Shown here: positions 18,166 to 29,179 of the stretch, one piece after another
Layout: the number at the start of each line of letters is the position of its first letter
Numbering within the stretch: position 1 is the stretch's first letter
Source: Endomicrobiales bacterium
GTDB taxonomy: Bacteria; Elusimicrobiota; Endomicrobiia; Endomicrobiales; JAFGGC01
Reading direction: 5' to 3'
DNA length: 64,000 nucleotides
Assembly: GCA_016930715.1 (NCBI GenBank)
Contig: JAFGGC010000025.1
Coordinates: 11,008-75,007 of the forward strand
Position numbers and translations under genes: made by a program
The notes under the pieces: generated by a model
What the model saw: the letters and a program-made list of their open reading frames with translations, nothing else
What the model was told of the DNA's origin: nothing
Databases searched by the model: none

Positions 18166-20415
18166 TTAGAAAATATTGCCTATCGTGAAATAGAACTGAC
18201 TCAACTCTTCTCCGGGTTTATGGTTGAGGCCGTATCCCCAGTCCAGGCGAAGCGGGAAGACCGGCGTCGTGAACCTTATGCCGAAACCGAACCCGGCTTT
18301 GAGCTTTGTTTCCTCCTCGCCCAGGCTTAACTCGAAATCATTTGCCGTGCGCCACGCCCCGCCGATGTCGTAAAAGAAGGCGCCTTGAAGGATAGTCCTC
18401 TTTTTCTCCTGCACTATCGGGAACTTGTACTCAACGTTCCCTATCGCCATGAACTTGCCGCCCTCAACCGGGCCTATCTCGCTTCTGTACTGGTAGCCGC
18501 GTATCGAATCGGCCCCCCCGACGTAAAATTTCTCGTATATCGGAACTTCCGTTGAGGGCGGGAAGCTTTCGACGGCGCCCATGGTCACGTTGCATGACAG
18601 GACAAACTTCCAGAACGTCGGAAAAAACCACGAACTCCTTGCCGTGGGCTTGACGAAATTCACGTCTCCGCCGAGCACTCCGCCGGCATACTGCACGGTA
18701 AGCGCCTGACGGTTTCCCGTAGACGGGTCAAAGATATTGTCCCTCGTGTCCCACACGACCGAAGACGACAGACTCGATGTAATGTCCTTTGAAGCGCTGA
18801 TGGTCGAAACAAGGTCGGGGTCTATTTCAAAAACCTCGATATCCTCGTAACTGTACGCGAACAGAAGGCTCAAATTGTCGCTCAGTCTCGGACCTACTCT
18901 GACAGACCCCCCCTTTCTTCCTTCCTTGTAGGCGTTATAAACCGTGCCGTAATCCCTTCTTCGTTCCATGTTAAAAAGACCGAGCCCCAGGCTCATCGGC
19001 TTGTTCAGAAACCAGGGTTCGGTCCAGTCGATCTCGTAATTCTGCCTTCTTGCGCCGAATTCCCAAAGGACGTTAAGCCTCTGAGCCCGGCCGAAAAGGT
19101 TGATATGCTGAACCTGGAGCGAACCGACCAGCTTGTCGATCGATGAATAACCCGCGCCTGCCGTCAGCACGCCTGGTTTGCCCTCGGTGATGTTGAAGGA
19201 GAGGTCCATCACGTCCTTTCTTTCGGTAGGCAGTATTTCCGGCTCAACAGCGTCAATAAAACCCAGGTTGTATATCTTTTCCATGCTGCGCCTGACCCTG
19301 CCCGCAGCGAAAATATCGCCTTCTTTCAGCGTCACTTCGCGTCGTATCACGAACTCCTTCGTGAAGTTCAGACCGTCGATATATATCTGCCCCACGTACA
19401 CGATGTTGTTCTCGGTTATGTCGAAATTTATGTTCATCTTTTCCTTTTGCACGTCGGGAGTGAACACCGGTTCCACCCTGCAGTTGAGGTAACCCTTGTC
19501 CGAATACATCTCAAGCACCGCCTGGCGGCTTTCGTTTAGTTTTTCCTCCTTGTATATCATACCCGTCTTTATAAGCATGGCTTTTGCCAGTTGCTTTTCG
19601 CCGTATTCCTTGTTGCCAGAAAATGATATCCTGCCCACCCTGTATTTGGGACCTTCCGTTATGGGGATCTCGATGAACATCTTGGTCCTTTCTTCGTTGT
19701 AGGTTATCGAAGGCTCCCCGACCTGCACGTCGACATATCCGTTGTTTTTGTAGAATTTGGCCACTTCCCGGAGGTCTTCCCGTATGGTTTCGTCCTTGTA
19801 GACTTTCTTGCGGCGGGTCTTCATCAGTTTCAGTATCTTCTTCGGTTTGTAAGCATTGACTCCCTTGACTTTAACTTTGCCTATGAGTATCCTGTTGCCT
19901 TCGGACAGGATGTAGGTTATCGTTATCTTGTTCTCAAGCTCGTTCAAAGTAGGGTATATCTCGAGCTTTAGGTCCGCGTAGCCCTTGTCGTGGTACAGCG
20001 TGATTATCTTCGAACGGGATTCCTCGAGCTTCGCGACGTCATAATACTCTTTTTCTTTCATTTCACTGGTGCTTCTAAGTTTCCCTTGTGAAAAAACCTT
20101 GTTGCCCTTGAAGTTCACCTTCTTTATCTGCGGTTTTTCTTTCACGATGAACGTGATCCGCATCGCGGCCGGGTCAAAAGCGACCTCGACGTTGTCGAAG
20201 TAGCCCTGCTCCAGGATCCTTTGAACGTCTTCGCGTACCTTTTCCTCCGAGTAGGCCTTGCCCTTCTTGGATTTTATCGCCTTGTAGACGACCTTTGTCT
20301 TCACGTTTTTCGTGCCTTCTACTATTATTTCCCGTATGGGGTTCGTTACTTTCTTTGCCCAGGCAGAACCCGCCAAAAGGAGCAATATACCCAGAAACAA
20401 GGCCGCTTTTTTCAT
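18166..20415 (-). CDS. bamA: Outer membrane protein assembly factor BamA
   Basis: POTRA repeats, GAGYSS, NLFGR, SIRGY loop, GFGIRFTTPVFPLRLDWG, C-terminal F. Confidence 0.96.
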   Translation of the reverse strand: MKKAALFLGILLLLAGSAWAKKVTNPIREIIVEGTKNVKTKVVYKAIKSKKGKAYSEEKVREDVQRILEQGYFDNVEVAFDPAAMRITFIVKEKPQIKKVNFKGNKVFSQGKLRSTSEMKEKEYYDVAKLEESRSKIITLYHDKGYADLKLEIYPTLNELENKITITYILSEGNRILIGKVKVKGVNAYKPKKILKLMKTRRKKVYKDETIREDLREVAKFYKNNGYVDVQVGEPSITYNEERTKMFIEIPITEGPKYRVGRISFSGNKEYGEKQLAKAMLIKTGMIYKEEKLNESRQAVLEMYSDKGYLNCRVEPVFTPDVQKEKMNINFDITENNIVYVGQIYIDGLNFTKEFVIRREVTLKEGDIFAAGRVRRSMEKIYNLGFIDAVEPEILPTERKDVMDLSFNITEGKPGVLTAGAGYSSIDKLVGSLQVQHINLFGRAQRLNVLWEFGARRQNYEIDWTEPWFLNKPMSLGLGLFNMERRRDYGTVYNAYKEGRKGGSVRVGPRLSDNLSLLFAYSYEDIEVFEIDPDLVSTISASKDITSSLSSSVVWDTRDNIFDPSTGNRQALTVQYAGGVLGGDVNFVKPTARSSWFFPTFWKFVLSCNVTMGAVESFPPSTEVPIYEKFYVGGADSIRGYQYRSEIGPVEGGKFMAIGNVEYKFPIVQEKKRTILQGAFFYDIGGAWRTANDFELSLGEEETKLKAGFGFGIRFTTPVFPLRLDWGYGLNHKPGEELSQFYFTIGNIF

Positions 20416-20598
20416 TAAAAACTCTCCGTTCTAAATGGTTATTATGAACGTTAATTATATTAAAAAATTGCGAAATAATCAAATAGAAAAAGCTTATTAA
20501 TTCAAAGCGTTTGGCGCATTTGCGGATATCGGCGCAAATGGGCGGGCTTTTTGGCGTTTTTTGTGATATAATATGCAATAAAACAAGAGGCGCAAAGA

Positions 20599-22044
20599 AT
20601 GAAATACACGGAATTTATCGCTAAAAACCGGAAGCTTCTGCCTTTCATCGTGCTGGCGGTATGCGCGGTGGTCATCTTCCACAGACTGGCGGACTCCCCT
20701 CTCGGGGGGGACGACTGCTACTATGCGGAAGTCTCCAAGGAAATGTCCATGTACGGTGATTACCTGACCCCGAGAAACGGTCACCTGATAGACTTCCACA
20801 CCAGCAAACCCCCGGTTCTTTTCTGGATGAACGCGCTTTCAGGCAACCTGCTCGGCTTTGACACCTTCGCGATGAGGCTGCCTTCGGCCATACTGGGTTT
20901 TCTGTGCGTCGCAGGGGTCTTCTTCTTCGCCTGGCGCTATTTCGGCCTGGCCACGGCGGTCCTGGCCGCTATCATACTTACTTTCACCCAGCAATATCTC
21001 TACCACGTCAGGAGCTCCGTCACCGACGGCCCGTTCGCGGTATTCTTCGCTTTTTCAATGATGGGCTTCTGGGTAGCCAGGGCCGAAAAAATGAACGCCT
21101 TCTACTATCTATCCGGATTATTCCTGGGCCTCGCGGTAATGACGCGCCAGATCCCCGGGCTGTTCATAATCCCTCCCATTCTGGTCTATCTGGCGCTGAA
21201 AAAGGATATTTCACCGCTCAAAAACACCCATCTTTGGGGCGGGCTCCTGCTTGCCGCGGCCGTCATCGCCCCCTGGCACCTGATCATGTACGAAAAATAC
21301 GGAGCTTCCTTTGTCGACCAGTACACGAGGGTAGCGCTGAAAACGGCCGTTCACGGCTATCCGCTGAGCGAATACGCCAATCCTTCGCTCAATCCGTGGT
21401 ACGCTTACTTCGAGATAATTCTCTCTAATTACGAACCGTGGCTGATACTTCTGCTGGCAGGCGTGTTTTTCTTTTTTAAACGGCTTAAAAACATGCCTTT
21501 TGAAAAAAGGGACATACTCATCTTCCTGATGTCCTACGCGTTCGTCACGATTCTGCTTTTTCAGCTTGCCAGGGTGAAACAATACCACTACATAGTCCCC
21601 GTTTACGTGCCTTTTGCCGTTATTTCGGCCTGGGCGGTGGAAAACTTCGGGGAAAGGCTGAAAACCGCGGTCACCCTGACCGTTTGCTTTTCCGCCTGCC
21701 TGCTCGCCGCCGTATACATCGCATATCCCGTAATACCAAAAACCCTCGACAGCAGGGAATTTTCCGACACGATAAAGCTTGTTCCCGAGCTTAAAAAACT
21801 CAGTTTCGAAGCGCAGGTTCTCGCAAAAGGATTCAGCCATTACAATAACTGCTTCTGGTTTTACGCCGACAGGAAGGCCGTTAGGAACACCGAAGAAGAG
21901 CTCGCGCGAAAAATTGGCTCAGGAAAAAAATACTATTTCGTGCTTTTTAAGGATGCCTTTGAAAGGATTATCAGGAAGACCGGACCTGAAAAGATAAGTA
22001 TCATCAAGACCACTGACGATTCAGTGTTGTTCAAGAACTACTGA
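20599..22044 (+). CDS. ArnT/PMT-family (GT-C) membrane glycosyltransferase
   Basis: DDCYYAEVSKEM, KPPVLFW, RLPSA, multiple TM helices. TATAAT box near 20567. Confidence 0.85.
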   Translation: MKYTEFIAKNRKLLPFIVLAVCAVVIFHRLADSPLGGDDCYYAEVSKEMSMYGDYLTPRNGHLIDFHTSKPPVLFWMNALSGNLLGFDTFAMRLPSAILGFLCVAGVFFFAWRYFGLATAVLAAIILTFTQQYLYHVRSSVTDGPFAVFFAFSMMGFWVARAEKMNAFYYLSGLFLGLAVMTRQIPGLFIIPPILVYLALKKDISPLKNTHLWGGLLLAAAVIAPWHLIMYEKYGASFVDQYTRVALKTAVHGYPLSEYANPSLNPWYAYFEIILSNYEPWLILLLAGVFFFFKRLKNMPFEKRDILIFLMSYAFVTILLFQLARVKQYHYIVPVYVPFAVISAWAVENFGERLKTAVTLTVCFSACLLAAVYIAYPVIPKTLDSREFSDTIKLVPELKKLSFEAQVLAKGFSHYNNCFWFYADRKAVRNTEEELARKIGSGKKYYFVLFKDAFERIIRKTGPEKISIIKTTDDSVLFKNY

Positions 22045-22048
22045 CGGC

Positions 22049-25000
22049 TCACTTCTTTTTTTCCTTCTTCCCTCCGAAACGCCACTGCTGCTCCAGAGTT
22101 ATGCGCTTGTCCGTCTGCCTCAGCAGATCCCCCGCGCCCAGTTCGTACGAGCCCTTTAGATACAGGTTTTTTCTGAGGTTATACGAAAGTTCAAGCTCGT
22201 GCCTCAGGTCAAGCTTGTTGCGCAGCATATCGAATGTCATCGAATAACCAAACAACACGTCGCTGGTCACGTACTTCTCGAGGGAGTATTTTGTCCCCTG
22301 CATGAGCTCCGTTAAAGTCGGCTTCGTCGGATCTTGCGGCTTGACCGGCTCTTTGTTGACGTACTGCACGCGGAACGTGTCCACCACTCCGCTTCGGCGC
22401 AGGATATTGCGCGCCAGCGGCGTCGTCAGGGTCGAGTCCACGAACCTGATTATGGACTTCCTGAGGTTGTACGATATCTCCGTCTGCGATAGTGAATCGG
22501 GGTCAAGCCCTGTAGCCCTGGCCATCGCTCGCTCCGGCGACAGGTTAGGGTTGTTCTTTGATATGAACTTCGGCTGTATCTTGCTTATCTCGGATTTTTC
22601 TATTATCAGCCTTATCGTATCGCTTTCATTTACGCTTGTTGCCTTTATTTCCGTCTCCGCCTCCCCTTCGATGAAAACTTCATCTTTCACTATTTCAATG
22701 ACCGCGCGTCTTATCTTGAATTCCGTCCCGAAATAAACGACGCTTCCCCTGAGGGCTTCGATATGCCCGTCCACGGTCGGTTCCGAACCCCGGCCGGAGA
22801 ACTTGACGCCGCCCGTTATGTTCACGCTCACAAGATCGTTGTCATACCACGTGTTCTTGCCGGCCTTGAGCTCAAGGTCCCACGAGAGCTTCGGCCAAAG
22901 GTCGTCGAGTATCGACTCCCTGTCCGAAGGCTTCGCGAGCGAAGGATAGGTAAAATGCGTGTTCGCTATCTCTATCCAACCGGAGAGCTTCGGATTCTTG
23001 AATGTCCCTGTCATTCGCAGGTCGAATTTGGGCCTTCCGTTCGACAGGTTGGTAAGGAGCCAGTCGTCCGACTTGAACAGGGGGTTTGGTATCGGAAGCT
23101 CCGGCACCTTGATCGGCACGCCTTCCTTGCCGGTCGTGAGCCACCTCAAATCGTACGTTTTTGGCCTGAACCCAGCGAATCTGACGGAACCGTAGAGCTT
23201 CATGTTTCCCTCGCCGACTTTCCCTGTGATCTCCCTTATCGACAGGAAATTGTTCCTGAAAACCGCGTCGATGTTTATTTGTGTCATTTTATCGAAGTAC
23301 CTTTTCGAATTTATTTCCCCCTCCGCTACCTTCAGGTACCCGTTTATCATCGGTCTTTCGTACGTTCCCGTTACGTGAGTCTGCATCCGGAGTATCCCTT
23401 TGCCGGATTTTATGTCCGAGCTTATAAGCCTTATTACATCCAGGCTGCCTTCTTCCATGTTAATCGAAATGTCCATCGGATTTTTCACAACGCGTTCCCT
23501 GCTTTTTTGCGTCAGGAAAAATGGCATGTAACCGGTCACCACGCTCGTGAACAGCTTCTCCGAGAACAGCCTTCCCTGCACCACGCTAAGCACGTTCTGG
23601 CGCACGCTCAGTTGAAAATTGATGTTGTCATACGCCAGGTCGGACACGTTCCCGTTAGAAAGGTTGATGCTTGCTTCTATCTGCGGATTGTCCAGTGTTC
23701 CTTTACCCACTATATTGAAATCGCCGTTCCCTCCGAACGGAAACTGCAGGTTAGTAAGCTCGGTTATTGTTGCCACGGACGTGTTTTTGCCTGTGGCAAG
23801 AAAATCCCATTTGTCTCCGCCTACCGCTCCGTCCAGCACGAATTTTGCCGTAAGTCCTGTTGAAATCGAGAACCTGTAAAATACCGGGCTCGAAAGACTG
23901 GTTATATCCACCTGTCCGCTTACCTTCACCGCGCTTTTTTCCACGGGTATGAAGGTCAATACCCTGTTTGAATAATTCATGTCAACGGCAAAATCTTCAA
24001 GATTGAACTGGTTCATCCACAAGTCATCTGTCTCTATTCTTGTAATCACCATCGCCGTAGCATCAGAGCCCGTGCTCCAGCCGCCTTTCAATTTCACCGG
24101 CCCGAATATCTCTATCGGCCCGGCCGACACGTTACGCAGTTCCAATTTCCCGTCGAAGTTTCCGTTCAATATGTCAACACGAGTATCAGGCAGTATTTTT
24201 ATCTCGGAATCAAGGTATTTTATCAATGCATCTTTCACCGCAAGCTTATTCTCCTCGTATTCTATCTTTGCGTTGACCTCGCTCAGCGTTTTTCCAGAAA
24301 CCATTATGTTCTTGCCCAGTATTTCAGCTTCTATGCTCGGAGCGCTGTATTCGCCTTTCGCAGAAAATTTTCCCCTGAAATACCCCGACGTTTTTTCGGG
24401 AAGTTCCTGGAATTTTCCGATTAAATCCGTAGAAAGGTTCCTTATAATGCCCGTTATCTCCGGTTTTGGCCACAATTGCCCCGCTACCCTTACCGTGTTG
24501 GTTCCGCTTCTGACTTCCACCCCGTCCGCCGCCAAAACGCCGAACAAGTACTTTATTCTTCCCGAATGCGAGTATTCCACTTCGCCGTATCTAGCGTTGA
24601 TGCAGTCATAATTTAAAGTAACCTGGGGATTGTGAAGGTATCCGCCCAGCGCTATGTTCCCGTTTAATATACCGTTCACTCGTTTTTCAAAATACCACAG
24701 AGGAAAGTCCGTTACCGTTATGTTGCCCTCGAGGGCCTTCGTGGGCTGATAGTACGAAAGCATGCCTCCGAAAAACGGGAACCACATCATTTCTTTCATT
24801 TCCATCTTCTTTTTCGACACGTAGATGTAGGACGAGAACTTCTTCGTGCGCCATCTTCCGGCTTTCAGTTCATTGCTTCTTATCTGGCCCGACAGGTTCC
24901 AGTCGCCACCCCTGTAAAATGTTCCGGTAAACGCGGCCCTGCCGCTGAGTTTGTTCCTGCCAGAAAGAGGAAAATCCTTGAACTCAAGGTCTATCCTGCA

Positions 25001-26674
25001 TTCATTCGATATATCCTTCAATCCCGTTCTTCCTTGGGCGCTCACGCTTCCGTCGTTGACTTTCGCGCTCACGTATTTCGCTATCAGGTATTCAGGCGTC
25101 ATTGACAGGCTCAATTTAACGTCATTTAGGATCGTGTCCTTGTACTTTATGCTCTCCGAGTCAAATTTTGCCGTGCCGTATTTTGAAGACGAATACGAAG
25201 CCGTCCCGCTTATCTTGCCTTCCAGATGACTCATCCTCTTGTCCATTCTGTTCAAGTAAGCCAGATTAAAACGTTTTACCATAGCCTTGATCTGCCAGCT
25301 CTCCGGATCATCGCTGTATTTGAAATTCACGCCGGCCTGTTTCGAGTCTATCCTGAAAAGCCTGCCCTTCGCGTTTTTCTTGCAAACGATTAAAAAATCC
25401 GCGGGCTCCAACCCGCCGTACTTCAGCCTTTCCAATCCTACTTTTAAAGTCGCGGTGGTCTGCCTTATCGACCCTTCCGCGCTGAGAACTCCGCTCATCT
25501 CTCCCAGCATGTCCCTGACGAAAGGAAGCCGTCCGACCGGCATACTTTTCACGGACAAAGACAAATCAAGCGGCCTTAAAGTACCCTCCAGCCTGCCTTT
25601 GCTGATTTTTCCAGTGGTCAGGTCCACGTTCAGCCGGCTAGAACCGTTGAGCTCGGCTTTAACGGCGCATCTTTCCCTGCCGAAGTCGGTATTAAATATC
25701 CAGGATCCCTTTGCGTCACGCGCGACATCGGCTTTCAAGTCTTTGAACTCCATGCCCTCCACTGCTATGCTCGTGCTTTTTAGCGTGCCCTTCATCTGTC
25801 CGTCTTTTATTTTCGCGTAAAATTCCACGTAACCGCTTGTTTTCCGGTTCAACTCGTCGGCTTTTATGCCGCCTTCCAGAGTTATGTCGTCGCTGCCAGA
25901 ACTTTTCGCCTCCACCCGACCGGCCCTGCTCTTGAAAACAGCGTACATCCCGCTTTTGTTGTAAAGGACCGTCAATGCCGCCTTGTCCAGTGAATAATCC
26001 TTCCATCTGAACGTATCGAATGACACGTCAGCGCTGTAATTCTGCCCCATCATTTTTCTTACCCTCGCCTGCCACAGAGCATTGAAGCTTTCTCCTGATG
26101 ACTTGACAATCACGCTGGTAAACGTTTCCACGCCCGCTTTCTCCGACGTAATGTCCACGTCAACTGGATTGGAGGCCAGCTCGCCCCGGATCTTTCCGGC
26201 GAGTATTCCGTCAATCGATATCCTGCCCGAGAATTTCTTAAAGCTTACTTTTCTGTAAAGTATCTTTCCTTTTTCCCAATATATATTCAGATCCGTCTTC
26301 CCCTTTGCTTTGGCGGGCCCGGCCAGCGGCAAAAGGGATTTTCTCGCATCGTCAAGTATTATGATAGGCGAATCGAAGTACAAGTTTGATATCCAAGAGG
26401 ACGGGTCATTGATTCTGGTTATGGCTTTCAGAACGCTTATCCGGACCGCGGCGGACTTGGCGCTGAAATGTTTGCCCACGCAAAGGTTCTCTATTGAGAG
26501 GCGGTCAAGGGGTTTATACGTGATTTTTTCGAATGTTACCTGCTGTCCGGTGAGATTCTGGAGCAGATTCCTGACGGGCGAATCAAATACTTTGTATTTG
26601 AAGCTTAAATACCCCGCCAGCATAACCGCCGCAATCAGGGCAAGCGTTGTTAATATTAAAAGGCGTTTCCACAT
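22049..26674 (-). CDS. tamB: TamB/AsmA-like translocation and assembly module protein
   Basis: N-terminal TM anchor, long beta-rich repeats (GxxxxP motifs), C-terminal DUF490-like region. Next to bamA. Confidence 0.8.
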   Translation of the reverse strand: MWKRLLILTTLALIAAVMLAGYLSFKYKVFDSPVRNLLQNLTGQQVTFEKITYKPLDRLSIENLCVGKHFSAKSAAVRISVLKAITRINDPSSWISNLYFDSPIIILDDARKSLLPLAGPAKAKGKTDLNIYWEKGKILYRKVSFKKFSGRISIDGILAGKIRGELASNPVDVDITSEKAGVETFTSVIVKSSGESFNALWQARVRKMMGQNYSADVSFDTFRWKDYSLDKAALTVLYNKSGMYAVFKSRAGRVEAKSSGSDDITLEGGIKADELNRKTSGYVEFYAKIKDGQMKGTLKSTSIAVEGMEFKDLKADVARDAKGSWIFNTDFGRERCAVKAELNGSSRLNVDLTTGKISKGRLEGTLRPLDLSLSVKSMPVGRLPFVRDMLGEMSGVLSAEGSIRQTTATLKVGLERLKYGGLEPADFLIVCKKNAKGRLFRIDSKQAGVNFKYSDDPESWQIKAMVKRFNLAYLNRMDKRMSHLEGKISGTASYSSSKYGTAKFDSESIKYKDTILNDVKLSLSMTPEYLIAKYVSAKVNDGSVSAQGRTGLKDISNECRIDLEFKDFPLSGRNKLSGRAAFTGTFYRGGDWNLSGQIRSNELKAGRWRTKKFSSYIYVSKKKMEMKEMMWFPFFGGMLSYYQPTKALEGNITVTDFPLWYFEKRVNGILNGNIALGGYLHNPQVTLNYDCINARYGEVEYSHSGRIKYLFGVLAADGVEVRSGTNTVRVAGQLWPKPEITGIIRNLSTDLIGKFQELPEKTSGYFRGKFSAKGEYSAPSIEAEILGKNIMVSGKTLSEVNAKIEYEENKLAVKDALIKYLDSEIKILPDTRVDILNGNFDGKLELRNVSAGPIEIFGPVKLKGGWSTGSDATAMVITRIETDDLWMNQFNLEDFAVDMNYSNRVLTFIPVEKSAVKVSGQVDITSLSSPVFYRFSISTGLTAKFVLDGAVGGDKWDFLATGKNTSVATITELTNLQFPFGGNGDFNIVGKGTLDNPQIEASINLSNGNVSDLAYDNINFQLSVRQNVLSVVQGRLFSEKLFTSVVTGYMPFFLTQKSRERVVKNPMDISINMEEGSLDVIRLISSDIKSGKGILRMQTHVTGTYERPMINGYLKVAEGEINSKRYFDKMTQINIDAVFRNNFLSIREITGKVGEGNMKLYGSVRFAGFRPKTYDLRWLTTGKEGVPIKVPELPIPNPLFKSDDWLLTNLSNGRPKFDLRMTGTFKNPKLSGWIEIANTHFTYPSLAKPSDRESILDDLWPKLSWDLELKAGKNTWYDNDLVSVNITGGVKFSGRGSEPTVDGHIEALRGSVVYFGTEFKIRRAVIEIVKDEVFIEGEAETEIKATSVNESDTIRLIIEKSEISKIQPKFISKNNPNLSPERAMARATGLDPDSLSQTEISYNLRKSIIRFVDSTLTTPLARNILRRSGVVDTFRVQYVNKEPVKPQDPTKPTLTELMQGTKYSLEKYVTSDVLFGYSMTFDMLRNKLDLRHELELSYNLRKNLYLKGSYELGAGDLLRQTDKRITLEQQWRFGGKKEKKK

Positions 26675-26685
26675 TAAACGTATTT

Positions 26686-29163
26686 TTATGATACGACTTT
26701 GGGTTTTTCCTTGAGCTTCAATTCAAGCTTTTTCCCATCGCTATGAATATCGACATTGGCCTTTATGGGGGTTTCCCCGTGGCGCTTCACGAAGTGTTTG
26801 GACAGTATCTCTTCCGCGAGCATGTCCTCGAGGTACTTCTGGATGGTTCTGTGCAGGGGCCTTGCGCCGAAATTGGGATCAAATCCTTTTTCGAGAAGAA
26901 AATCTTTCGCCTTATCGGTGAGTTCCAGCGCGATGCCCTGAGACAGCGTTTTTTCCCTTCCTCTTTCGATCAAAAGGTCGAGGATCTTCCTCATCTCGGG
27001 CTTGTCAAGCGGATGAAAAACGATCGTTTCGTCTATTCTGTTCAAGAACTCCGGGTTAAATGTCTTCTTGATCTCCTCCATCACGGTTTCCTTGATATTC
27101 ATATACTCCTGGTGCATGTTGTCTTGCACCAAAAACCCGAGCGATTTGCCCCGCGATATCAGCCTGGCTCCTATGTTCGACGTCATTATGAGTATGGTGT
27201 TCTTGAAATTGACCTTATGGCCAAGATTGTCGCTGAGCACGCCGTTATCAAGGATTTGAAGCAGTATGTTGAAGACGTCTGCGTTGGCTTTCTCTATCTC
27301 GTCAAGCAGCACGACCGAATACGGCTTGCGCCTGACCTGCTCCGTCAGCTGGCCGCCCTCGTCGTATCCCACGTAGCCCGGAGGGGCGCCTATGAGGCGC
27401 GACACCGAGAATTTCTCCATAAACTCGGACATATCCACTCTTATGAGAGAATTCTCGTTCCCGAAAAGAAATTCCGCTATTGTCCTTGCCAGCTCCGTTT
27501 TGCCAACGCCGGTCGGGCCCAGAAAAAGAAAACTTCCGATTGGCTTCCTGGGGTCCTTCAGGCCCGTCCTTCCCCGGCGGATGGCGTGAGAAAGCACTTT
27601 GATGGCCTCGTCCTGGCCTATGATGTGTTTCTTGAGCTCCTCTTCCATGTGGAGAAGCTTGTCCGACTCGCTCTCCGTGAGTTTCGTCACGGGTATCTTG
27701 GTCCACTTGGATATCAACAGAGCTATGTCTTCCTGCGTGATCTTTGTGCGCACGTCTTCCCTCGTGTTTTTCCATTTTCTCGTGGCTTCCTCGAAGGACT
27801 TCCTCATCTCCTTTTCCTTGTCCCTGAGGCGCGCCGCCTTTTCGTATTCCTGTTTTGCTATGGATGATTCCTTTTCGGAGGTTATTTTTTCAAGTTCATC
27901 TTCCTTCTCCCTTAAATGCGCCGGCGGCTGTGTCGATTCAAGCCTGGCCTTTGCGCCCGCTTCGTCCAGCAGGTCTATCGCCTTGTCTGGAAGGTAACGG
28001 TCCGATATGTACCTGTCCGAAAGCTCAGCCGCGGCTCGGATCGCTTCGTCCGTGTAGCTCACCTTATGATGGCTTTCGTACCTTTCCTTGAGCCCGTTTA
28101 GTATCTCAACGGTTTCGGAGATGTTCGGAGGCTCGACGGTTATCGGCTGGAATCTTCGCTCGAGGGCGGCGTCATGCTCTATGTGCTTGCGGTACTCGTC
28201 GAGCGTGGTCGCTCCTATGCACTGCAGCTCGCCGCGAGAAAGGGCGGGCTTTAGCATGTTCGATGCGTCTATCGCGCCTTCCGCGGCGCCGGCCCCTATC
28301 ACGGTATGCAGTTCGTCGATGAAGAGTATTATCTGGCTTTTTGATTTCCTGATTTCTTCCATTATGTTCTTCAGGCGCTGCTCGAACTCGCCGCGATATT
28401 TTGTTCCGGCAACGACACTGGCAAGGTCAAGGGTCAGGACCCTCTTGGAAACTAGTATTTCAGGCACCTCGGCGGAGGCGATACGCTGAGCGAGGCCTTC
28501 GACTATCGCGGTCTTGCCGACGCCGGGGTCGCCTATGAGCACCGGATTGTTCTTCGTGCGCCTGGAAAGTATTTGTATCAGCCTTTCGATCTCCTCGTTG
28601 CGCCCTATCACGGGGTCGAGTTTGCCCTCTCTCGCCTGGTAGGTAAGGTCCCTGCCGAATTCATCGAGGTTCGGGGTCTTGGTCTTGGTTCGGGGATGAT
28701 GCGCGTGGGTAGCGGGCAGGTCATTACCCTCACCGAGAAGGCTTATGATCTCGTCTTTGACGTCGATAAGGCGGATCCCGAGATTCTCAAGAACCCGCGC
28801 CGCTATGCCCTCTTCCTCGCGAAGGAGCCCCATCAGCAGATGCTCCGTTCCCACGTAAGTATGGCCGAGGTTCTGGGCCTCTTCTACCGCCAGCTCAAGC
28901 ACCTTCTTCGCCCTGGGGGTAAAGGGTATCTCGCCCAGAAGCATAACATTATCGCCAGTTCCTACGAGTTTCTCCACTTCGTTCCTCACCCTTCTCAAGT
29001 CAACACCCAGATTTGACAGGATTTTAGCCGCTACTCCCTCACCCAGGGCCACCAGGCCCAGGAGTATGTGTTCCGTGCCGACATAGTCGTGGTTGAGTCT
29101 TTTAGCTTCTTCCTGGGCGATTATGATCACCCTTTGAACTCGTTCGGTGAACCGGTTTGACAT
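26686..29163 (-). CDS. clpC: ATP-dependent Clp protease ATPase ClpC
   Basis: Clp_N repeats, [11 protein letters not shown]-type M domain ([10 protein letters not shown]), GPTGVGKT. Confidence 0.96.
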   Translation of the reverse strand: MSNRFTERVQRVIIIAQEEAKRLNHDYVGTEHILLGLVALGEGVAAKILSNLGVDLRRVRNEVEKLVGTGDNVMLLGEIPFTPRAKKVLELAVEEAQNLGHTYVGTEHLLMGLLREEEGIAARVLENLGIRLIDVKDEIISLLGEGNDLPATHAHHPRTKTKTPNLDEFGRDLTYQAREGKLDPVIGRNEEIERLIQILSRRTKNNPVLIGDPGVGKTAIVEGLAQRIASAEVPEILVSKRVLTLDLASVVAGTKYRGEFEQRLKNIMEEIRKSKSQIILFIDELHTVIGAGAAEGAIDASNMLKPALSRGELQCIGATTLDEYRKHIEHDAALERRFQPITVEPPNISETVEILNGLKERYESHHKVSYTDEAIRAAAELSDRYISDRYLPDKAIDLLDEAGAKARLESTQPPAHLREKEDELEKITSEKESSIAKQEYEKAARLRDKEKEMRKSFEEATRKWKNTREDVRTKITQEDIALLISKWTKIPVTKLTESESDKLLHMEEELKKHIIGQDEAIKVLSHAIRRGRTGLKDPRKPIGSFLFLGPTGVGKTELARTIAEFLFGNENSLIRVDMSEFMEKFSVSRLIGAPPGYVGYDEGGQLTEQVRRKPYSVVLLDEIEKANADVFNILLQILDNGVLSDNLGHKVNFKNTILIMTSNIGARLISRGKSLGFLVQDNMHQEYMNIKETVMEEIKKTFNPEFLNRIDETIVFHPLDKPEMRKILDLLIERGREKTLSQGIALELTDKAKDFLLEKGFDPNFGARPLHRTIQKYLEDMLAEEILSKHFVKRHGETPIKANVDIHSDGKKLELKLKEKPKVVS

Positions 29164-29179
29164 TTTGGACTCCTTAAAT

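Noticed and set aside
22763-27867. 366-aa and 374-aa plus-strand ORFs (22763-23863, 26743-27867)
   Set aside because: Lie wholly antisense to tamB and clpC. Explained by codon bias.
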